NCBI RefSeq assembly: GCF_004010195.1
Contig: NC_057738.1
Coordinates: forward strand, 17,888,359 to 17,939,492
Direction: 5' to 3'
From: Chiloscyllium plagiosum
Taxonomy: Eukaryota
DNA: 51,134 bases
Below the pieces are notes generated by a model, which saw nothing but the letters and a program-made list of their open reading frames with translations, ran no database searches and was not told the DNA's origin. This document shows, in pieces, positions 42,331 to 51,134 of the stretch; the stretch's first letter is position 1, and the number at the start of each line of letters is the position of its first letter. The translations under genes were made by a program, and so were the position numbers.

Positions 42331-43434
42331 CATCTTCAGATCTTCAGAACCAGTTCTGAAGAGTTATACGAGATTTGAAACAGTAAGTCTCTTTCTCTTT
42401 CCACAGATGCTGCCAGACCTGCTGAGTTTCTCCATACTTGTTTCAGATTTCCAGCATCTGCTGCTTTTTGCTTCTATTACAGTGTACTATAATTCAGTTA
42501 CTGTTGGCCTATCACATGACAAGAGATAAATAGCCTCGAAATTAGAAGTACCTTTGCTGCCTCAGGGAGAGCTCAATTTGCCATAAATAGGTGGCAGGAG
42601 AAAGTCAGCACTGCAGATGCTGGAGAGCAGCACAGCCAGTCAGGCAGCATCTGAGAAGCAGGAGAATTGATGTTTCAGGCATAAGCCTTTCATCAGGAAA
42701 GGCTAAATAGGTGTCAGCCTCTCATAAGATACCTTTTTTTTTGGAAATAATTGCCTTAAATTATTTTGTGGTTAAATATAGTCCCACATTGTGTACCCAA
42801 ACCATGACCAAACAATTCAAGAGTTCCAGAATATTGATTAGTTCATTCTATTAGTGATGTCGCATTTCTCAGGAGATATCTAGCACATTGGAATTGACAA
42901 ATTTATTAACTGTTTGATTGTTAAAAATAAGACAGAAACACCAGAAGTTTGTGAAGATAACAAAAAGACTGGAGAAGTTACCATCTTTGTAATGGATATT
43001 AAGACCAGTTACAGACAGAAAAATATCACTTTTACATTAGTGTAATGGAACTTCTGGTAGTAGGTGACTTCAGTATAGGAAGGTGCTGAAGGTTAAACAG
43101 TTGTGCCAGGACCTCCAACAACAGATGGCAATGTTGAGGGAGGACAGCTGGAGCAGTTTGATGGACAAAGGATGTCTTTGGAGGAAGGGAACCTCCTGAT
43201 AAGAAATAGCAGAAGAAAAAGGATTTCTCCACCCAATGTAAATCAAAAACAAACCGTGTAAATATTGCAAATTTTTTTTGTTTAATCTTGATTTCCCCAT
43301 ACATTTTAATAACCTAATGCTAATGGAATTAAAATCCTTTGGGTCATTCTTGTTCAAATCTCATGTTACATTAAGGAAATCTTCTGGAATTAGGCTAATG
43401 AAATATATTCTTTATTTTATTACACTGGTAATGT

Positions 43435-43745
43435 GTAATAATTTATCCAAAATGCTCAGGACCAGCTGTTTTTCAGAATTATTCAGTTTTCACTATAAGT
43501 GACAGTTTATTGGTAAAATTTTAAAAAGTCTTACCGGAGGTGCAGACTTCTAAGCAAGAACGTGCTTGGCCATGCCCCCCCCCGCCACATCGCATCTGAG
43601 TGACATTCATCGAGTGGGTATCGACTTGGGTTAACTGTTTGCATGGCAAACAACCTTGTTAACGAGAGAACAACTTCACAAAAAACTTTCAGATTTCGGA
43701 GCTTTTTGGTTTCTGGATGTTCAGGTAAAGGATCTTCTACCTGTA
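43435..43745. mobile_element. Tigger-like DNA transposon remnant
   Basis: ttatccaaaatgctcaggacc at left; ttcaggtaaaggatcttctacctg-TA at right. Confidence 0.55.
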
Positions 43746-44749
43746 CTAATATATGAACTGAAATTGGACTGATTTTACCGAATATTTATTTATAGTGTTC
43801 TATAAGTTTTTATCACTGTGATGTAAACTATCTTTCAAATGACATGTCAGTTAACGCTACCCCAGGTCATGCTTCAGAGAGACTAGAGGAGAACATGTGT
43901 CTAAGACATGAAGATTCAGTGCAGATCATAAGGATCTTTCATTATCACACTCCCATTTCCTGCAGTCGGAGTAGTAAAAGCAGCTATTGAAGGCTGAATT
44001 TCACTTTTAGGCTAGGAAATAGGAATTGGAACCCAAGTCCTAAATAGTACCCTGGGGGAGACAGCCGTTCTTTGTAGTTTGAATGAGAATGCTCTTTATA
44101 GGAGTTTTTGGGTGTAGTAAGCAGTGAGTAACTGAGAAATATTTCAGCCTGAAAATGCTTTCTCACCAAGTGCTTTTTAAAAAAATTAAACATAAACCAA
44201 AAAGAAAATGCCAGGGCACCCCGGTAGAGATTTCTCTACATGGCAGCCTTTGGCTGCGTCTGCAACCAGGCAGGCAGAAAGGGTCTAGAGTACTGCCGGT
44301 TTTCTTTATATATCGTTGTGTGCCCATCTCATGGGGTTGAGCAACCTTCTTAGCTCTAAACCAGTGTGCCCTAAAATGGCTACAGTCAGGAGCAAAGTCA
44401 CCAATTTGCAGGCCAACCAGGGCAGTATTTTTAGGTCCCATCCAACTCTGTCCCTGATCTTTGTGTAACCCAAAAATTCTGCTTTGGAAATCAACTTCTA
44501 TAAAGTAGGAGACGACAACACTTTAGGAATTGGCTGATTTCTCTAAAATTAGTAGCTCCTCGCAACAAACTAGCATTTGTAATAATGTCTGAATAATTTT
44601 GCATACCACAGCAACTTGACACAAATAAGGAAGTTTGGCTAATAAAAGAAATAGAAGCATGTCTCCATACAAACATAAACACAATCTACTATAGATACAA
44701 AAGTAACAATAGCCCTGTTTTATTCTCCAGTGTTACTTGGAAAAGACAA

Positions 44750-47700
44750 ATGTCTGCCTCTAGCCAGTACAGTGACTGTGGTAAGTTCTTTTTTTCCCTA
44801 TATTTTCAAAAATGTTACCTTAAAGCACAAAATTAATTGCTCGGTATGCCTTGCTTATTTTTCCCAGCTTTGAATCTGATGTTGGTAAAATGGAATGATC
44901 CAAATTTTTATGCCATTTTTAGGCACTGCTTTGTATTTGAATTTGTGATTGGTCGATAATTACATAAAATGTGTGATAATTGAACATTCTAGTTTCAGCA
45001 GTAAGTTTCTTTATGAATGAATTATTTTTCTATTTTCTGAAATAGCATCTTCCGTGAAAAGTTTTAACTTATGTCCTGATACATTGTATATAAAGTATCT
45101 TGGCCTCTTCCCAACATTTATTCAAATACCAATGATTAGTAAGATCTTCTAGATTGATTCAACAGTCCAAAAATAAGGCATTTATCAATAAATTAATTAA
45201 TGAGTTTAAATTTAAAAATTTAGCATAAATGGTTTATTTTTCTGAAAATGAATCAACCAATATTTTTTAAAAAATATATTTTTTGCCTGTGGACTTTCCT
45301 GAAAAATTGGTATGTAATGTCTGCAATTATTGGCTGAGATCTCCATGTCTTCAGATCATCAGAGACCTGATCTTGAACTCAAGATGCAGATCTGGATACC
45401 ACAGAAGTCCAGACACATTGACTTCTCTCGGAATTGCCTGAGAGGTTTCACTTCCCAACAAGCACCTCCTCTTCTCCCTGGGGCTCTCTGACTCCGAACG
45501 AGAGCTGCATTTGCTGGCTGTCCCATGAGGGGATTGCTCCTCCATGATCATGATCAGATAACCTTGACCACTTTAAATTTAAAAATGGATAACCTATCCT
45601 TCAGAGGCCATCTCTACATTGTGGCATCTTCTGTGTCGTTATTATAAATTAGCAGCTTCGACCTCAGTTGGTGGATACGTAAATATGACAAACTTACAGA
45701 TGGTGATGTTCCCATGCACTTGTTCTTCTTGTTCTTCTGTATAGTAGAAGTTGTAGGAACGGCTGGTGCTATTGAAGAAGCCTTAATAAGTTGCTGCAGA
45801 CCATTTCATTGCTGAAATGCACCGAAGTCACATTGTGTAGTGTTGGAGGAAATCAATGCTTTAAGGTTGTGGATGAGGTCCTTATCAATAAGACTGCTTA
45901 ATTTACCTGGATAGTATTGAGCATCCTGAATATTGCTTGAGCTGCACTTATCTAGGTGTTTCATCACACTCCTGACAGGATTCACAGCTGGTGGAAAGGG
46001 AATTGGAAGTTGGCAAGTCAGTCTGATCTGTTCTTGCATTTAGTATTTATGTGGCTGATATAGTTTGATTTGTTGTTAATGGAAGCTTGCAGAATATTTG
46101 AGATTTTTTATACTTACAATGCTATTGAATATCAAGGGGGCATTTATGTACGTCTTCGCTGGATTTTGAGGGGAAATACTCTCCAACCATCTTCCATTGT
46201 GGAGAAGTTGGCCTTAAATCTGCCAACTCAGAATTTGCTTGCCTCACAGCAATTTTATGTGGGAGCAACTTTAAATGTTTCAGAGTGGTAGTTTTACCCT
46301 CATCTAGAATGAGATTCCACCCGAGAGAGATACCTACCGATATAATTGACTGGCATTTTTGTAAATCTGATAGCATCATGATCGAGCAGTGGCTGCTGCT
46401 GGAACTGTAGGCAGTCCATGGGGAAGAAGAGTCATGTAGCTCAGATTTGGAGGTAAGTGCAGTCTTATGGATAGGCCTGTCTGGAAGACCTAAGTGAAGA
46501 GGCTGAGAGAGGTAGAAGGCCCTGTTAGAGTCACTGGAGTGGGGTGGAGAGAAAGGTTAAAGGACTGACAGCTGATTTTTATTGGGGTAATGTCTTTAAT
46601 AGCCATGGGGCTCCTAAAGAAGGTACTCCCTTCCTGCACTGAAAATGGCTACCAGGCCTGTCTCCAAATTCCCCTGTCACAGTGGCTATTTAATGCCTCG
46701 GTAGTTTTAAGGGCAAGCAAACTCTCTGATGCTTTTGATCCACTCCAATGATCCTTCTAAAGAAGGTCATTAGACTCGAAGCATTAATTTTGCTTTCTCT
46801 CCATCGATGTTCCCAGACTTCCTGATTTTCTCCAGCAATTTCTGGTTTTGTTTCAGCATCCACAGTTCTCTGTTTCAATTTAACTCTTTTATCTTTATTG
46901 GACTTAGGATATCATGAGATTTTGAGCTGAGAACAATATTGAACCGCTATTCAAATTTTAGTCTTAAATATTGTTTTTACTCTTGTAAGGGTTAATGTAA
47001 GCCTGAATGATAAATTGGCCTTGTACCCATTGATTCTTAAGTGCACTTTGAAATATTTTATTAAATAACTTAGTTGTGTCAAAACACTACAAGGTAAAAA
47101 CAATGACTGCAGATGCTGGAAACCAGATTCTAGATTAGAGTGGTACTGGAAAAGCACAGCAGTTCAGGCAGCATCCCGAGGAGCAGGAAAATTGACGTTT
47201 CGGGCAAAAGCCCTTCATCAGGAATAGGGGCAGAGTGCCTGCAGGGTGGAGAGATAAATGAGAGGAGGGTGGGCGTGGGGAGAAAGTAGCATAGAGTACA
47301 ATAGGCGAATGGGGGTGGGGATGGAGGTGATAGGTCAGGGAGGAGGGTGGGGGAAGGTAGCAAAGAGTACACTGGGTGAATGGGGATGGGGATGAAGGTG
47401 ATAGGTCAGGGAGGAGGGTGGAGTGGATAGGTGGAAAGGAAGATAGGCNNNNNNNNNNNNNNNNNNNNNNNNNNNNNNNNNNNNNNNNNNNNNNNNNNNN
47501 NNNNNNNNNNNNNNNNNNNNNNNNNNNNNNNNNNNNNNNNNNNNNNNNNNNNNNNNNNNNNNNNNNNNNNNNNNNNNNNNNNNNNNNNNNNNNNNNNNNN
47601 NNNNNNNNNNNNNNNNNNNNNNNNNNNNNNNNNNNNNNNNNNNNNNNNNNNNNNNNNNNNNNNNNNNNNNNNNNNNNNNNNNNNNNNNNNNNNNNNNNNN

Positions 47701-48800
47701 NNNNNNNNNNNNNNNNNNNNNNNNNNNNNNNNNNNNNNNNNNNNNNNNNNNNNNNNNNNNNNNNNNNNNNNNNNNNNNNNNNNNNNNNNNNNNNNNNNNN
47801 NNNNNNNNNNNNNNNNNNNNNNNNNNNNNNNNNNNNNNNNNNNNNNNNNNNNNNNNNNNNNNNNNNNNNNNNNNNNNNNNNNNNNNNNNNNNNNNNNNNN
47901 NNNNNNNNNNNNNNNNNNNNNNNNNNNNNNNNNNNNNNNNNNNNNNNNNNNNNNNNNNNNNNNNNNNNNNNNNNNNNNNNNNNNNNNNNNNNNNNNNNNN
48001 NNNNNNNNNNNNNNNNNNNNNNNNNNNNNNNNNNNNNNNNNNNNNNNNNNNNNNNNNNNNNNNNNNNNNNNNNNNNNNNNNNNNNNNNNNNNNNNNNNNN
48101 NNNNNNNNNNNNNNNNNNNNNNNNNNNNNNNNNNNNNNNNNNNNNNNNNNATTCACCTATTGTACTCTATGCTACTTTCTCCCCACCCCCCCCCCTCCTC
48201 TCATTTATCTCTCCACCCTTCATACACTCTGCCTCTATTCCTGATGAAAGGCTTTTGCCCGAAATGTCAATTCTCCTGCTTCTCGAATGCTGCCCGAACT
48301 GCTGTGCTTTTCCAGCACCACTCTAATCTAGAATCAAAACACTACAAATAAAACAAAAATAAAAAAAATATTTGGCTGCTTATTTCAGTTGCTTTTATTA
48401 TGGACAATCTTTGAATGTTTGAGGAAAACACTGATGAAACCAGCAGTGAAACTGTCTGAGAATCAATGAGTGAGACAAACTTTGCTTCTCCCTTAAAAGC
48501 TTGTCTTGTACACTATCGTTGAAGAGATTTAAAATAAAATTATCTTGCACTCCAACATAATCCTCCTGTTGTTCCCATGATTTATGCCAATCACTATTCC
48601 AATGAGTATGCAACCAAGTGGCCTAAGAAAATGCACTTGAAATAACTTTTTCAATCACCATTTAGTACAGGACAAGTCAATGCAAGACATTACCCTTTCT
48701 GCCAAAGGTTTTCATTGCTGATGTGTTTCCAATTAGTATTCACTTTAATTCTGCTTTTTCAGACGAAGAAGAGCAGGAGCAGTTCAGAGAGGCACAACAG
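44750..48800 (+). CDS. Candidate N-terminal coding exons of an unidentified gene: join(44750..44780,48763..48800) = MSASSQYSDCDEEEQEQFREAQQ; would continue beyond the window
   Basis: Exon 44731..44780 (ctgttttattctccag / GTG|gtaagt) and exon 48763..48800 (ttctgctttttcag / CAG|gtcaga) in non-repetitive DNA; the phase-1 join is open; no homolog recognised. Confidence 0.4.
47093..48333. mobile_element. Penelope-like insertion with inverted arms spanning the 702-N gap (47449..48150)
   Basis: 48151..48333 is the approximate reverse complement of 47128..47311; 14-bp duplication tcaaaacactacaa at 47079..47092 and 48334..48347. Confidence 0.88.
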
Positions 48801-49089
48801 GTCAGATCGCACCAAAGCCAAACTGCACCTATCTGCTGGTACCATCCTGTAGATTGCAATGCATGTAGCACATTCATTTAAATTGTTTCTTCATCCAAGC
48901 ATTGCTAATTGCTGTTTTCATTGGTTGGAAACATCAGCAACATTTTGGATGGTTGGCACATTTAATGATAAAGCCAACTTGAACCTGTTAAAGGGGTGGT
49001 TTATTTGGTTAGTAGGTGCTAAGAGAAACTTAGTTGAAGAAAAACTAACCTGGAAAAGATTCAGCAATGTTACCACAGAAGAGACAATA

Positions 49090-50280
49090 AGCTTCTAGAT
49101 TCAAAGTTTCAGATGCTGCATGGAGGATTTGGTGTAGGATGTGCAAAGAAGGAGAAATGACATGGCCAGATGCACTCAAGATAGTTTGTCAAATAGCAAT
49201 GGAAGCAGATAGTCATGGAGTCAATGAGGGGAGTCAAGCTCATTGGATCTAGATGTAGTGGCTAGGAAGTTCTATGCTTCACATTAAATGCATTTTCAAA
49301 TGTCATATCCTGCCAAATGCATCAATGGCTTTAGCCACTGTTCAAAATACAAGACCCCAATCATAACCTTGCAATGACACATATTAATCAAGCCTCCAAC
49401 TTTACATTAATTATATATAATATCACCTTTTGACACTTACTACTGCAGCAAGTTTTATATTTACATTTCACAGATTGCACACACTGCCAGCTGTTCAGCC
49501 ACGACAGTCACATCACATAAACAAATTACATAACATGCAACACATTCTCTCTCACTTGTAGGTCAAGGTGGTGCATGACCAGAGGTAGCAGAACCTAACT
49601 AGAGAGTAACAAGTGTGTCTAGATGTCCTAACCTTCATGGAGAATATTGTGTTGTCCATTGTTAGGACATTCATTCCTGAGGCCCAGGCCAGCACTGGGG
49701 CTGAAATTATAAAAGCAGGAATGTCCTATTACTTCATCTTCATTCTCACATCCATTTTCATTCACATCTCAATTCCTTGTATCCAACACTCTCATCTGTT
49801 TTTAAGCTGCAGATGTTGTAAAGATATAGCTTTTACTTCTCCCTCCTCACATTACACTTTTAATATTGTGCTCCTTTCTGATAGACAAGAAGCACAACTT
49901 GGTCAGATAATGGAGGAGCACCAAGAAGAGAGTGATGATGAATGCACAGATTATTATTGATTTCACACTGACAGCTATAAGTCAGATATAGTGTGGATCT
50001 TACGGGACAGATTAGAAACCAGATTTACATGTCATGAGACATCAGGCATTAATTGGCCTGGGCAGGAAGAAAGAACAGACTAGGTGCCAACTGGCTGTGG
50101 AATTATGCCATATGTAAGTTTTGAGGACTCAGAAAACAAACTTTGTTGGGATAGCCTGCAAAGGTTCACTGATGGGTAAGTGCACCAAAATATTAGCTGT
50201 ATTGGTCAATGTCAAGGAGCATGCAGGAGCCCAGCGCCATATTGGCACAGGACTTTTTCACACAGCCTGAAGCCATCTTG
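49090..50280 (+). mobile_element. Decayed PIF/Harbinger Myb/SANT-like (NAIF1-like) gene remnant
   Basis: Disrupted translation SDAA..EDLV*DVQRRR...QWKQIVME...RKF, then after an acceptor at ~49561 KVVHDQR...DVLTFMENIVLSIV, acidic QEESDDE and RSMQEPSAILAQ; recognised by eye. Confidence 0.55.
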
Positions 50281-51134
50281 TCAGCGGTCCCGTTGTGTGT
50301 GCTTCCTGCGCAAAGGAGTCGGATTGTAACAATCCAGATGTACAACCCTCACGTCCCAGCAGCAGATGTCCTGACCTTCTTGAGAAGATACGTCCAGGTC
50401 GAGGGAGAGAGTACCGATGTGGTCGATTGTTTCGGGATCTGGACCAGCAAACGACAGGTCAGGGTAACCCTGAGGGTCGATGCCAGTGGGAACGTCCTCC
50501 ACCCACCCTCCAGCTTTGCCATTGGAGGAAGCAGAGGTTACCTGACATACGCAGGGCAGCCAAAAGTGTGCCGAACCTGCGGGAGATCAGGCCACATGGT
50601 GGCGGATTGTAAGGTGACCGTCTGCCGAAACTGCAAGCAGGAAGGCCACCCGACCAAGGAATGTAAGGAGGCCAAGAACTGTAATCTGTGCGGAGAGGCG
50701 GGCCACATGTACAAGGCCTGCCCAAGACAAGGGGCTGCCGCCTACGCACAGATGGCCGGAGGTGGCAACACGAGCCGTGGACCGCCTAAGACCAGCAAGG
50801 TACCACAAAACAGCACGGGAACGGTGTATGGAGGTACCCAAAAGGAAGGGCAGGCTGTAGCGGAGCAGACGGCAGACAGCGGGGAGATGCAGCAGCCGAT
50901 CAAAGCTCCTCCAGGACAGACAGAGGAAATGGAAGAGAAGGGATCAAACGAGGCAGAAGATTGGATTACCGTGAAAAGCAGGAAGAGGAAACCTCCCAAA
51001 GCCACCCAGCGAGGGGGGAAGCAACACCTACACGGCGAGGATACAGGCAGCTCTTCCGACGGTGAGGACGGGCACAAGGAGGGTCGTCACCAGAGGAAGA
51101 GACAGAGCGCCGTGGGGAAAAAGGAGGGCAGCAC
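50281..51134 (+). mobile_element. Tx1-clade (L1 group) non-LTR retrotransposon ORF1, ZCCHC3-like, 5' truncated, runs off the window
   Basis: Stop-free frame ...RIVTIQMYNPHVPAADVLTFLRRY...FGIWTSKRQV...HPPSSFAIGGSRGYLTYAGQPKV, three knuckles CRTCGRSGHMVADC, CRNCKQEGHPTKEC, CNLCGEAGHMYKAC (50569..50721), then WITVKSRKRK; GC/CpG-rich; absent from the ORF track, probably because no stop is reached. Confidence 0.85.

Noticed and set aside
47335-48351. Long ORFs of 273-316 aa (also those at 32272..32687)
   Set aside because: Artefacts of translating through N gaps.
50281-51134. True ZCCHC3 ortholog
   Set aside because: Abrupt 5' junction inside another transposon and a young, CpG-rich composition fit a Tx1-type ORF1; no gene symbol assigned.

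Overview
Vertebrate genomic DNA, almost certainly from a shark (inferred from HE1/V-SINE, CR1, L2 and Penelope repeats). It contains the complete 8-exon PSMA2 gene (+, CDS 8524..26052, 705 nt, 234 aa), head-to-head with exon 1 of MRPL32 (-) across a 320-bp CpG-rich bidirectional promoter with ZNF143, NRF-1, E-box and YY1 motifs. An NFE2L1-type ARE lies in PSMA2 intron 1. Much of the rest is transposon-derived. Less ordinary observations: (1) many short Penelope-derived inserts carrying minimal hammerhead ribozyme cores, one apparently intact; (2) a second promoter at ~32.6 kb with a perfect RFX X-box palindrome, followed by a 41-bp minisatellite carrying repeated 5' splice donors; (3) a candidate unannotated + strand spliced gene from that promoter; (4) phase-compatible - strand exon-like blocks running antisense into PSMA2, possibly a decaying gene; (5) a >300-codon open frame at the window end joining a Harbinger remnant in frame to a Tx1/ZCCHC3-like zinc-knuckle ORF1. 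Two assembly gaps (32331..32540, 47449..48150). Repeat boundaries are approximate, and all homology calls are by recognition rather than database search.
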